A stretch of 64,000 nucleotides of DNA, from assembly GCA_000165345.1 (NCBI GenBank), contig CM000435.1, positions 1,024,001 to 1,088,000 on the forward strand, read 5' to 3'. The stretch's first letter is position 1. Every line of letters begins with the position of its first letter. Shown one piece after another: positions 30,082 through 39,481 of the stretch. The position numbers and the translations under genes were made by a program. The notes beneath the pieces are model-generated. The model searched no databases and had not been told where the DNA came from. It saw nothing but the letters and a program-made list of their open reading frames with translations.

Positions 30082-32148
30082 ATGTTTGATAATGGTTCTC
30101 CGTTGAGCATAAGGCTGGTAATGTCGGATGCTACTCAGTTACAACCAGGAGATATGATTAAGATAACAAGATTTTCTTTGAATGAGATCCATTCCACAAA
30201 GTTGGTTACTGTTGTTCAGTACGACAAAGTTGGACATTGGTCAGGATTTACTTCTATTGGAAAGGCAACTCCACATCCATGTATGGGGTCCAGCAAGGCT
30301 GCAGGGGGAGGCCCGGGGGACCAGAAGCAGCCTGCAGTTCAAAATCAGATGGGAGCTTCATCAGGCACTCCAAATTCAAGTCATTCAACTGAGCCAAGTA
30401 GCGTCAGCATGCAACAACAACAACAGCAACACAATATTCAGATGCAGCCACAACAAGTTGGATACAGAGCGAGCGGGCCATCAGAACAAATGCCAGGATC
30501 CGCAGGACCCATTTCAGGTAGAGATGGCATGCAATCCTCAGGGCCAGGCTCTATGAATATGGGTAATACAATGAGAAGTGGTCCATACGGAGGAGGTGGA
30601 ATGGGTTCAGGTCAGTCAAAGGGTCCAGTTTCAAGGAATCAGGAAATTCCAGTGTATCCAATAAAGAACATAACTTCTTATCTACACAGGTGGAGAATTG
30701 TTGGCCGTGTAGTGAGCAAAAGCGATATCAGAAAGTTCTCATCATCCAAGACAAAGGAAGGCAAAGTGTTTTCATTCGAGATTTGTGACGCTGATGGGAG
30801 CGAGATCAGGGCAACATGTTTCACCAAAGCCGTTGATAAATTCTATGATATGCTGAAAGAGGGGGAAGTATATAGTTTCTCAAGAGGAGATGTCAAAGAA
30901 GCAAATACTCGTTTTAATACTACAGGGCATGAATTTGAAATAATCTTCAACGAAGATGCAGAAATTCAAAGTTTGCCACAGGATGATCGGATCCCAAAGA
31001 AGACCTTTAATTTTGTTCCTATTTCAGAAATCCGAGGCTATTCCAAGGGCCAATCACTGGATCTTTTGGGCATTTTACTCAAAGCTGGACCAATTACAAC
31101 AATTACCGTTAAATCTACCGGTGCAGATACCCAGAAAAGAGAACTAACAATCATTGATAAGTCTGGCCACAGCATTGACTTGACATTGTGGTCAGAAAGG
31201 ACCCACTTAGATGAGGGCCTCATTTCTCAAAACCCAGTTATTGCTGTTAAAAACGCCATTGTTGAGGAGTTTAATGGATTTAGATTGAAACTGGGATCAA
31301 GCTCTTCCATTGAATGGAACCCTTCTGGAGTTGAACAATCGCAGGAACTCAAGAATTGGTTCTTCTCCCAGTCAAATTTACACGAGTCGGTTGTTTCGCT
31401 CTCGTCCTCTAGTCCAAGTCCTGGAAACACTAACTCAAGTTCCTCAGCCAAAAGGCTTAGTATTGATGAAATTGTAGCTACTGCTACTTCTGGGTCTAGC
31501 TCGTCTGATATGCTCGATGGAGGGATTTGGGTTCACACTTATGGAACTATAAGGTCAATTCGTGATAATAAGTACTACTGGAGTAGCTGCCCTAAATGTA
31601 AGAGAAAAGTTACTGAAATCGAAGATCCTAACAGTATTAACGCTTTGGTGTTGCCTTATGGGTCAGAAAAGGAGACTAGTACATCTCTCGGACCAAACTA
31701 CCACTGTCCAAGTTGCCAGCAGTCCATTGAAAACCCTATTAAAAAGTACATCTTGAGTTGTGAGATTGTTGACTCTACAGGAACAATCAGAGCCGTAGCT
31801 TTTGCAGAACATGGAGAAACCATAATGGATGGTCTTTCACCAGAAAAACTTGAATCTCTTAAAGAGAATACAGACAAAAATACTGAGGATTGCTTCTCTG
31901 ATAAACTCTTCAGTGAGTGGGTCTTTAAACTGAATGGAAAAAAAGAACTCTATCAGGACTCTGAGATAATTAAGTACCGAATCTTTTCAGCTGAAGATAT
32001 GACAAATCCAGAAATCCTAAACAGAGAGGCCAAAAGAAAGCTCGAGTATATTTATGACAAGCTTAATAATATTAAGGAAACTAATACTAGTAGCAATGCT
32101 TATAGTGCTGTTAAAGTCGGTATGGGATTTGGACAGTTTGGATATTGA
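30082..32148 (+). CDS. RPA1: Replication protein A large subunit (RPA1/RPA70-like). It has OB-fold DNA-binding domains and a C-terminal zinc ribbon.
   Basis: The stretch YPIKNITSYLHRWRIVGRVVSKSDIRKF...GKVFSFEICDADGSEIRATCF is an RPA70 DBD-A-type OB fold. The C-terminal C-x2-C...C-x2-C (CPKCKRKV...CPSCQQ) is an RPA70 DBD-C zinc motif. The N-terminal region is Gln/Gly-rich and low-complexity. Confidence 0.8.
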   Translation: MFDNGSPLSIRLVMSDATQLQPGDMIKITRFSLNEIHSTKLVTVVQYDKVGHWSGFTSIGKATPHPCMGSSKAAGGGPGDQKQPAVQNQMGASSGTPNSSHSTEPSSVSMQQQQQQHNIQMQPQQVGYRASGPSEQMPGSAGPISGRDGMQSSGPGSMNMGNTMRSGPYGGGGMGSGQSKGPVSRNQEIPVYPIKNITSYLHRWRIVGRVVSKSDIRKFSSSKTKEGKVFSFEICDADGSEIRATCFTKAVDKFYDMLKEGEVYSFSRGDVKEANTRFNTTGHEFEIIFNEDAEIQSLPQDDRIPKKTFNFVPISEIRGYSKGQSLDLLGILLKAGPITTITVKSTGADTQKRELTIIDKSGHSIDLTLWSERTHLDEGLISQNPVIAVKNAIVEEFNGFRLKLGSSSSIEWNPSGVEQSQELKNWFFSQSNLHESVVSLSSSSPSPGNTNSSSSAKRLSIDEIVATATSGSSSSDMLDGGIWVHTYGTIRSIRDNKYYWSSCPKCKRKVTEIEDPNSINALVLPYGSEKETSTSLGPNYHCPSCQQSIENPIKKYILSCEIVDSTGTIRAVAFAEHGETIMDGLSPEKLESLKENTDKNTEDCFSDKLFSEWVFKLNGKKELYQDSEIIKYRIFSAEDMTNPEILNREAKRKLEYIYDKLNNIKETNTSSNAYSAVKVGMGFGQFGY

Positions 32149-32341
32149 AATTCCCAAATTTAATTAACTAAAAAGTTTTCTCATTTCAAAGCCTAACCAA
32201 TTGGCTAAGACTACAGAGCTATTAATTACTTTTCCCTTCTTTTTCTCTTTTCATCCTCTTTTATTCTATTGAATTCTTTATCTTTTCTCTCATATTACTA
32301 AAATCAACTGTTTGGATGAATACAGTGCATACATCTCTTCA

Positions 32342-32740
32342 TCACGCTTTGACCTCTGAGGAAGACGAGGATGCTGAAGCAGACGAAGAAATACCCATGT
32401 TTGATTCTTTATTAAGATTCTCAATTAAAGTTTTAAGTTCCTCCTCTATCGATTCATATTGCTTCTCTAGCTCGGAAATTGCTGAGTCCAAGGCAGCCTT
32501 TTCCTTTTCCAGTGCAGGCTTTACTGTTTTCACAGTCCTTTCCACCATAACTCCGCCAATTACTCTAAAACATCTCCTTTCTGGGTCAACCTTCTCAAAA
32601 GCATTAAGTACAAGACCATGTTCTTTACTATCTTGAGATAATTCTGAAATCTTACTGCTCAAAACCTTTAGCTTTCTATCTAACTGTGAGATCTTCTCTC
32701 TAGAAGCTCTTTCTTTGTCTATAGGAAAAGAAGAATTCAT
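32342..32740 (-). CDS. PFD2: Prefoldin subunit 2 (prefoldin beta-type)
   Basis: The stretch RRCFRVIGGVMVERTVKTVKPALEKEK matches prefoldin-2 RKCYRMVGGVLVERTVKEVLPALE. Coiled-coil regions flank it on both sides. The protein is 132 aa. Confidence 0.7.
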   Translation of the reverse strand: MNSSFPIDKERASREKISQLDRKLKVLSSKISELSQDSKEHGLVLNAFEKVDPERRCFRVIGGVMVERTVKTVKPALEKEKAALDSAISELEKQYESIEEELKTLIENLNKESNMGISSSASASSSSSEVKA

Positions 32741-32963
32741 TTTAATTAAATTTGAGATATACCAATTTCATGTCTATACAGACACTTCCTCCTAGAAACT
32801 CACCTGTAGACATTTTGCTTATTTTACCCGAATTACCGAAAGAAGGAACTTCTAGTTGTATTTCTTTTTTTTCTTGCACCGTTTTTTTCCCTCAAAATTC
32901 GGTACCTCTAAATTAATTTTAATATAAATTCACATGGGGACCTTATTAATGGAAAATGCCAAG

Positions 32964-32975
32964 TTTCCCGCCAAA
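32964..32975. promoter_or_regulatory. Canonical E2F site TTTCCCGCCAAA in the divergent promoter between prefoldin-2 and the PTC7-like phosphatase
   Basis: The string aagtttcccgccaaatcat was read directly. Confidence 0.5.
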
Positions 32976-33055
32976 TCATAATTTATGCAATTAAATAAAT
33001 GTCAGAAAGAGAATAAATAGATTTGGCAAAGGAAAAAAAGAATTTGATTGAAAGA

Positions 33056-33961
33056 ATGAAGTACCTTCCAATGGTCAGTTCTTCACTTAATTCTACTTCC
33101 TATAACAGATTTTTATCAAAATTTGGAAGTAAGCAGAGACCAGTATCTAGTAAGAATAGGATATTATTAACGGGAGTGTACACATCAAGGAATCCAACGA
33201 AGCCACCAGGATATGAAAATGAGGACTCTTGTTGCGTAGGAACAAGTTATATTTGTGTTGCGGATGGAGTTGGTGGTTGGATTTCACAGGGAGTTAGTTC
33301 AGCTATGTATAGTAGACAGCTTGTAAATTACATAGAAACATGTATTAATGATTACTCAAGGGAACAGAAATGCGAGTTGGACAAAGATAAGTTCATTGAA
33401 ATGGTGAATAAGTGTTATGAAAATATGAAATCTTCCAAAATTATTGGTAGTTCTACGCTCTGTTTAGCTTATTTGGATAATAATAACAAACTTCATGTAT
33501 TTAATTTAGGGGATTCAAAGTGCGTAATATATAGAAAGGAAGAAAAAGAAGTCATTTTTGAGTCAGAGATTCAGCAACACAACTTTAACACTCCTTTTCA
33601 ACTAGGAACTGGGAGTATTGATACTCCTTATAATGCAGATTATATGATGTTAGAAGGTATCAAATCTGGAGATGCGATTATTGTAGCAACTGATGGACTA
33701 TGGGATAATATTTCAATGGATAAAGTTATTCGAATAGTCGATAATAATTTGTTGTATGAACCACAGAAAATTGCAGAAAAGCTTGGGAGGGAGGCTTTAC
33801 AGCTATCTTTGAACTCGGAGCATATTTCTCCATACTCGATGAGTTTAAATAACTATTTAAGCCAGAAATTGCAGTCGAATATTCAATCAAATGGTACTTT
33901 TGGTTTTGTATCTGGAGGAAAGCCTGATGATATCACTGTATCGATAGGGGTAGTCCAATAG
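33056..33961 (+). CDS. PP2C/PPM-family phosphatase of the PTC7 (PPTC7-like) type
   Basis: The tracked ORF starts at a TTG at 33023. The first ATG, at 33056, gives MKYLPMVSS. It carries the hallmark VADGVGGW motif, then IVATDGLWDNIS and a C-terminal GGKPDDITVSIGVV (PTC7 GGKxDDITV). Confidence 0.7.
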   Translation: MKYLPMVSSSLNSTSYNRFLSKFGSKQRPVSSKNRILLTGVYTSRNPTKPPGYENEDSCCVGTSYICVADGVGGWISQGVSSAMYSRQLVNYIETCINDYSREQKCELDKDKFIEMVNKCYENMKSSKIIGSSTLCLAYLDNNNKLHVFNLGDSKCVIYRKEEKEVIFESEIQQHNFNTPFQLGTGSIDTPYNADYMMLEGIKSGDAIIVATDGLWDNISMDKVIRIVDNNLLYEPQKIAEKLGREALQLSLNSEHISPYSMSLNNYLSQKLQSNIQSNGTFGFVSGGKPDDITVSIGVVQ

Positions 33962-33987
33962 TTTGCCAGAAGTATGTCTTTAATCTT

Positions 33988-34473
33988 CTAAGGTCTAGAT
34001 TCTTGTTTATTCATCGTAACCTTAATTGAAATTCCACTCACATTTCTTGTGCTTTTCGAAGATTCCCATTCTCTTTCTTCATTAATATGTACATCAGTTA
34101 CTTTGATAGTATTTGTAGTCACTTCAATCTTGATTTTATCTCCTAAATTTGACTTCAAGTCCTGAACAAGCCAAATTGCTGTCATTATACAGGCTCCCAT
34201 TCCATGTATTACTACAAATTGTTCATTTTTTCCTGACTTAAAAAGCTTTTTATTCCGTCTACATCCAAGCCTTTCTTCGTAAATAGAATTATGAGCCTCT
34301 GAAACTGTGAGAAGATTCATTGCTCTTCTAAAGTATACTATTAATGGTCTCTTTCTTGTTACATAGATATCATTTTCCTTAATTTCCTTTGGTATCACTG
34401 CCTTCTTAACCATTCGAGTCTTTTTTTCTTCTTTACCTACTTCATCAGGTACTTTCATCAACACATCATTCAT
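33988..34473 (-). CDS. RNase P/MRP subunit POP7/Rpp20-like protein of the Alba superfamily
   Basis: The stretch IYVTRKRPLIVYFRRAMNLL.....FVVIHGMGACIMTAIWLVQDLK resembles Rpp20 IYVNSKTPFKAQLARCQKLL....IYIHGLGLAINRAINIALQL. The protein is 161 aa. Confidence 0.5.
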   Translation of the reverse strand: MNDVLMKVPDEVGKEEKKTRMVKKAVIPKEIKENDIYVTRKRPLIVYFRRAMNLLTVSEAHNSIYEERLGCRRNKKLFKSGKNEQFVVIHGMGACIMTAIWLVQDLKSNLGDKIKIEVTTNTIKVTDVHINEEREWESSKSTRNVSGISIKVTMNKQESRP

Positions 34474-34556
34474 CTTTCACTCTCAAAATGGCTATTTTTG
34501 CACGTACAAGATTAGAGATCTCAATTTTTACAGACATTAGTCTATGTTAATTTGGG

Positions 34557-34568
34557 TTTTGGCGCCAA
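34557..34568. promoter_or_regulatory. E2F-like TTTTGGCGCCAA motif in the POP7/mucin divergent promoter
   Basis: The string gggttttggcgccaaccact was read directly. A second, weaker site TTTTGGCGG lies at about 35135..35143. Confidence 0.45.
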
Positions 34569-35462
34569 CCACTCATTATATTTGAAATTAAGCTTGGAAT
34601 AATAGAAAGGCCAAAGGTTACTAAATAAAAGTTATTTATCAGTATTACAACAAATTAAAACGAGTTTTATTGTTTTTCTATTTACTTCATTACTAATATT
34701 TATTTTCTTCTCTATTTGTTGTATAAGTAGAGAGTAGTCATTTTAAGCTAAGGATCAAGTTCATTTAAAAGGATAATATACAATATTCTAAGTAAATTAT
34801 TGCAATTTTAAATAGATCTGAAAGGGAAAATATCTTAGAAATATAAAATAAATTAGAAAACTATTCGTTCAAATATAATTATTACTATATATAAAAAGGC
34901 TTTTGCGTATTCATAATTTTAATTTTGACTTTATTATATTCCATTATTACGTGAAGACCTCGAAATATAGGTAAACAAATTCAAGTTTTAACTTAACAAA
35001 ATTTGTTAAAAAAAATTGTCCACAATTTTAACATATTTCCCACCAAAAATAACCAATCCAAAATATTTGTAACTCAATATATCAATTTCATTTATTTGCA
35101 TGTAATTATAATGTCAGCGCGCATAGTACCGGAGTTTTGGCGGTAACTACACCCACAAATTGATTATTGGCCAATGAAATAGAAACAAATAAAAACTTTA
35201 TCAATTGAACCTGCTTTTCTTTGAAATTAAGAACAAATGGGCCGATTATTCCCATGTATCAATAGATCATCCTTAATACTTCTTATTTTTTTTAATCCTT
35301 TGATCTTTTGGTCTAATTTTTTCTTTTTTTTTAATCAAGATATAAACTCGATGTGGATACCCGCGATGTCTCGTATGTCTTATTTAGGTACTGATTTGAA
35401 ACTTGGAAAAGAGCTGATTTAAACTAGGAGATATTAATATAAAGGTGATATTGTAGTTTAGA

Positions 35463-36860
35463 ATGGCTAGGATGTTATTAAAGAACTTTATTATATTTTT
35501 ATTGTCAGCTTTATGCTTGGCTTTTGTGCCAAATTTTGCTGTACTTGGTGCGGAAAATGAGACTGGATCTTACCAAACCAAAAGCCTTTCGATGGAATCA
35601 TTCACCTCATCTTCTTCTTCATTTAGTTCATCTTATCAATTTCAATCTTCTACAACAACCCCCGCTACAGAATGTAGTGAATGTCCAGATTCCATGTTCC
35701 CCGAGAAGAGTGAAGATGGCGAGAAAGACTCACAATCTCCAATATTTTTAGATGAACTTTATTCCAAATATTACGAATTTAAGAGTAGCCAGGAAGGTTC
35801 AAGTATTGATGAATCCTCTTCTGATCAAATTGTTCTTGTCACACCGCCTGTAACCACGCCAGTTGCGACGCCAATTCCAGCTCCAAGAACTACAACTACT
35901 ACAACTACCACTACTACCACTACTACCACCACTACCACCACCACCACTACTACTTCGCCTACTGAATCTCCAAAGTTCCCTCTTGATGATATAATTGTTT
36001 CAGTTTCTCCAATTGACGAATCATTTTTATACTCTCCTAAAAATGAAAATTCAAAGTATTTCAATGAATGTATAGGTCAAGACTGTATGGAACTTGCAGC
36101 AGTCGGTTCAAAGGTCAGTGATTTGGTTAACATATTTGAGCAAGGACCTTCCGATTTTGCTAAGCCAAGAGGTGAATCCTCGAGATCAGAGGTTGCAAAG
36201 CTTGTCAATGTATTCGAGAAATTTGATGATGAAGACCAGTTTGAACCCAAAGTTGTTAGTCCAACTTTGAATGCCTTGAGGGAAGGTACCTTAGAATACT
36301 TACAACTCCCAGAAAAGGTTGAGCCTGAGGTTTCCCATTTTATAACAACTAGGGAAGTTGTACCAAAGATGGCTTTGAAATTCGAATCTCTCAAATATGA
36401 AGACCCTAAAAACGAGATTGATGATGAATATGTTGCTACTTCTCTTGTGGAAGTTACTGATCGTTCTTCTGAGAAGCAATTAAGGTCCAGAGTAACTAAA
36501 GAGGCTGTTCCAAAGCTTATTGAAGCTTGGGAAAGTCTTAGAAAAGACGAGGAACTGATTCCTCTCCGTTCTAGAAAGACTGGATACACCTTTAAAGAGT
36601 TTTGCGATGATAAGATTAAGAAATGTTCAGATTCATTAACCGAGAAGCCTGCTTTAATTGAAGGCATTCAATTCCCTCCAGCAGAATATGATATTGTTGA
36701 AGTTCAACCTATTAAGAAACACAAAATCAAGATTAGAGCAGTATCCAATAATCCAGAATCCGCAAAGGAAGAGCTCAAAAAAAGTGCCAAAAAATTAGGA
36801 TTGGATTTGGAAGATGAAAAAATCAAAATTTCTAAATTAAGAGGGTACAAATTAATATAA
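35463..36860 (+). CDS. Secreted mucin-like glycoprotein. It has a signal peptide and a 22-residue poly-Thr tract in a Thr/Pro-rich stalk.
   Basis: MARMLLKNFIIFLLSALCLAFVPNFAVLGA is a signal peptide. The stretch VTTPVATPIPAPRTTTTTTTTTTTTTTTTTTTTTTSPTESP follows. No TM segment is present. The C-terminal half is acidic. The antisense ORFs 36077..36667 and 35825..36064 are artefacts of the low-complexity sequence. Confidence 0.7.
   Translation: MARMLLKNFIIFLLSALCLAFVPNFAVLGAENETGSYQTKSLSMESFTSSSSSFSSSYQFQSSTTTPATECSECPDSMFPEKSEDGEKDSQSPIFLDELYSKYYEFKSSQEGSSIDESSSDQIVLVTPPVTTPVATPIPAPRTTTTTTTTTTTTTTTTTTTTTTSPTESPKFPLDDIIVSVSPIDESFLYSPKNENSKYFNECIGQDCMELAAVGSKVSDLVNIFEQGPSDFAKPRGESSRSEVAKLVNVFEKFDDEDQFEPKVVSPTLNALREGTLEYLQLPEKVEPEVSHFITTREVVPKMALKFESLKYEDPKNEIDDEYVATSLVEVTDRSSEKQLRSRVTKEAVPKLIEAWESLRKDEELIPLRSRKTGYTFKEFCDDKIKKCSDSLTEKPALIEGIQFPPAEYDIVEVQPIKKHKIKIRAVSNNPESAKEELKKSAKKLGLDLEDEKIKISKLRGYKLI
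35889..35954 (+). repeat. ACT/ACC/ACA trinucleotide (Thr-codon) microsatellite encoding the poly-Thr tract
   Basis: The run actacaactactacaactaccactactaccac... was read directly. It is a likely length-polymorphic site. Confidence 0.8.
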
Positions 36861-37542
36861 AACTTACTACCTTTACAAATAGGGCGTGACATTCCCCTAA
36901 TAAATTCCCTTTTACATATTAGTTCATCCCCATCATCTATTGATTTTATAGGAATGTTATAGCTTTGGTCAAACATTAGTAAATGCCTGTATTCCTATGG
37001 AATCAAGAATTACAATCCTTCTATGAGTTAGCTTATATATACTTAAAGGGAGAATTATAGAGAAGTGACGGGTGATTACCGTTAATCCCTATCTTCAAAG
37101 ATAACAACATGCTTTATGGCATATTTACAGTGTTTTAACATACAAAATAAGGATCTGTATTTGGAAGGTCCTGGTCTTGAACTTTTTCCAGAGTCTCAAA
37201 TTGGAAATCCTGAAATCTACAGTACTAACTTTCGAAGATTTGGTCAAAAATCCAAGTTGAATGACTTTTTTCTTGGAATCGGCAGATCATCCAGGAATAA
37301 TAAAGGTTATTTGTTCCTCTCAATAAGAATTTTTTAATTGCGAGTAGTAGTAGGTATTCTTCAATAGACTCAACCATACGCGAATAGGCCCTTTAAAATT
37401 CATGTTCCTGTTTGTAACAAGCTCTGCTAAAGACCTATTTTCCATTCTTTCTCCCCTCACACCCCCTCCTTTTCTATCGAACTCTTTTCTTATAAAATCA
37501 TTCAACTTTCTTTGCCATTATATTATTTTGAGTGGGGAGAGA

Positions 37543-37551
37543 TTTGGCGGG
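37543..37551. promoter_or_regulatory. E2F-like TTTGGCGGG motif upstream of the gene at 37610
   Basis: The string gagatttggcgggctcaacggg was read about 60 nt upstream of the ATG. Confidence 0.35.
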
Positions 37552-37609
37552 CTCAACGGGTCCAGATATTGTATTAACTTAGTAAGAAGTAGAGGTAAAA
37601 AGAAAAAAG

Positions 37610-38065
37610 ATGACAAAAAGTTCAGAAATGAGTGGATCAGTAGGAGGTAAAAACATTGAAAAGTTGATAAATAGTAGTCTAGATGACATTGTGAGAGAGG
37701 CCAAGAAGGAAAGACAAAAGAAGGCAAATCTTACACAGAGTAGAGTAAGGAATGGAAGAGGTGGTAAAGGCCAAAATTTAAAGAAGAGGGGTGAAAGAAG
37801 ACCAAATAGTGTGAATTCAAATGGTAGGAGAAACTTTAAGGGTTCTCCAGGTAAGATTTCAAGAAGTAGAGGAGGAAATCGAGGAAGAGGTTTTGATCAA
37901 GGGAAGAGGATGAGTAGAGATCAAGTTAAAAGTATCCAAATTGTAGCCAAGCTTGATTCTATTCCAACCCCAACAGCACAACAGAAGGCGGGTTTAAATA
38001 ACTTGGAGATAATTCCAAGCTCAATTTCGTCTCAAAAGGCCAGGAGAAATCGAGTATTTAGTTAG
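37610..38065 (+). CDS. Small basic RGG/RG-rich protein of 151 aa. Its N-terminal SLDDIV motif resembles the UAP56-binding motif of Aly/REF and FoP/CHTOP-type mRNA export adaptors.
   Basis: The stretch LINSSLDDIVREAKKERQKK resembles Aly/REF MSLDDIIK. Multiple RGG and RG boxes are present, for example NGRGGKGQ and RSRGGNRGRGFDQGKR. A real ATG is present. Confidence 0.4.
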   Translation: MTKSSEMSGSVGGKNIEKLINSSLDDIVREAKKERQKKANLTQSRVRNGRGGKGQNLKKRGERRPNSVNSNGRRNFKGSPGKISRSRGGNRGRGFDQGKRMSRDQVKSIQIVAKLDSIPTPTAQQKAGLNNLEIIPSSISSQKARRNRVFS

Positions 38066-38185
38066 AAGAGTCAAGGAAAGTGAATAGGAGAGAAGAGAGA
38101 AAGGAATCATAATTACTTTAAACTGAATAAATTAGGATATTACTTGAAACTTAACTCATGAGGGATATACTAAGTCATATTTCCT

Positions 38186-39352
38186 CTACCTAATAAACTT
38201 GCTGGGTTTTGGGACAACTAAACCCATTTTTTGCAATTGACGATACCAATTAGTCATCATTCCGCTACACCATTGTTTAAGTTCTCTATTAATTGAATTA
38301 CTCACAACTCGGTTGATTTTATTGCTAAACATCATTCCAGATACAGTTAAATAATGTAGTTTGAAGGCCTTGTGATAGTTGTTTGTACACTCAGTAACAG
38401 TTTTTGATAGTTTCATCCCAAGTGGAGGGATACGTTTAATAATCCTAACATTGTCAAGTTCTGGGCTATAGGATGTTAAGAAAAACCTCCATTGCATCCT
38501 ATTTAGATCGTAGTCAGATGGGTGTTGAGGTTGGATTGGCAAATAGCCTTTTGGGGGAATTGCTTGTATGGGGGAATTTTGTGAAAATGTAGGTGAAGCC
38601 AGCTCCAACTCTGGAACAGTGGTCTTAAAGGTATCCCTGAAAATACCCTTAATTCCTTTTCTGCCTGCAATTGGAGGTGTATTCTGTTCTTCGAAGTATC
38701 TTGCAATGTCTGCTTCATCAGAATCTCCAGGAACTGTAGTTGAAGTTTGATATACTTTTTGAATTCTGCTAGGGATAGTTTTTCTTTCAATTCTAGTTTG
38801 TTGCAAAGCTGGATATCCTCCTGCTCTAGTATTGTACTCCCTGTGGCTTTTAGTTGAGATTGAGGGCATTTCTTGAAGCTGTAAAGGTGAAGCTTCATCG
38901 CTTTGACTCTCCTCGTCCCAAGTAAATTGTTTTCCTTGTTGTTGAGTAATAGATGGCTGAACTAATTCAAAACTATCTTCTGAGAACATTTCTTGATCTA
39001 ATTCTTCAAATGAAGGAGACATAATTCTTTCCCTATACATTTGTGGAACTTTTCTAGGTTTTCTGGACAACTGTGACCTCATTTGTTTCACCATTTGAGG
39101 AGGTACTCTCGACTCACTAACTGGAATCCACCCTGTCCACCTTCCATTTATTCTTCTTGAACAAAGCCATCCGATGGAACCATCTGAATATAGTTCCCCC
39201 CTGAACCTCTCCGGAAGGGGTCTGGTTGGGATTTTCTTCCTTGAAACATAGACTGTTCTATAATTAGGACTTCCTAAATGAATAGCATTCGCACACAAAA
39301 TGTGTGTAACAATAAGTAATAAGCATCCTAGTCCAACTAGAACCTTCATCAT
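38186..39352 (-). CDS. Hypothetical secreted protein of about 389 aa, Pro/Gln/Ser-rich, with an N-terminal signal peptide
   Basis: The tracked ORF 38186..39448 starts with a TTG. The first ATG, at codon 33, gives MMKVLVGLGCLLLIVTHILCANA, a classic signal peptide. The 32-codon extension overlaps a TGGCGCCAAA plus TGCATGCA promoter element at about 39420..39444. This supports the later start. Confidence 0.55.
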   Translation of the reverse strand: MMKVLVGLGCLLLIVTHILCANAIHLGSPNYRTVYVSRKKIPTRPLPERFRGELYSDGSIGWLCSRRINGRWTGWIPVSESRVPPQMVKQMRSQLSRKPRKVPQMYRERIMSPSFEELDQEMFSEDSFELVQPSITQQQGKQFTWDEESQSDEASPLQLQEMPSISTKSHREYNTRAGGYPALQQTRIERKTIPSRIQKVYQTSTTVPGDSDEADIARYFEEQNTPPIAGRKGIKGIFRDTFKTTVPELELASPTFSQNSPIQAIPPKGYLPIQPQHPSDYDLNRMQWRFFLTSYSPELDNVRIIKRIPPLGMKLSKTVTECTNNYHKAFKLHYLTVSGMMFSNKINRVVSNSINRELKQWCSGMMTNWYRQLQKMGLVVPKPSKFIR

Positions 39353-39481
39353 TGAAAGAATCTCATTTATTCCACTCTGCTTTTTTACTGAACGAGCAAC
39401 ATTGGCATTTTTAGATCGTAATGGCGCCAAAGCATGACATGCATGCAAATTTATTGTGGGGCGGGAGAAAGAGTCTGGAAA

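Noticed and set aside
36077-36667. 196-aa antisense ORF inside the mucin gene. Also the poly-Val ORF at 35825..36064.
   Set aside because: These are reverse-strand readings of the Thr/Ser-rich low-complexity mucin coding sequence. The poly-Val tract is simply the antisense of the ACT/ACC Thr repeat. Neither has an independent promoter or a homology signal.
37116-37337. 73-aa ORF in the 750-nt gap between the mucin gene and the RGG-protein gene
   Set aside because: No recognisable homology and no convincing splice context. It could be a small real gene, but the sequence alone gives insufficient support.
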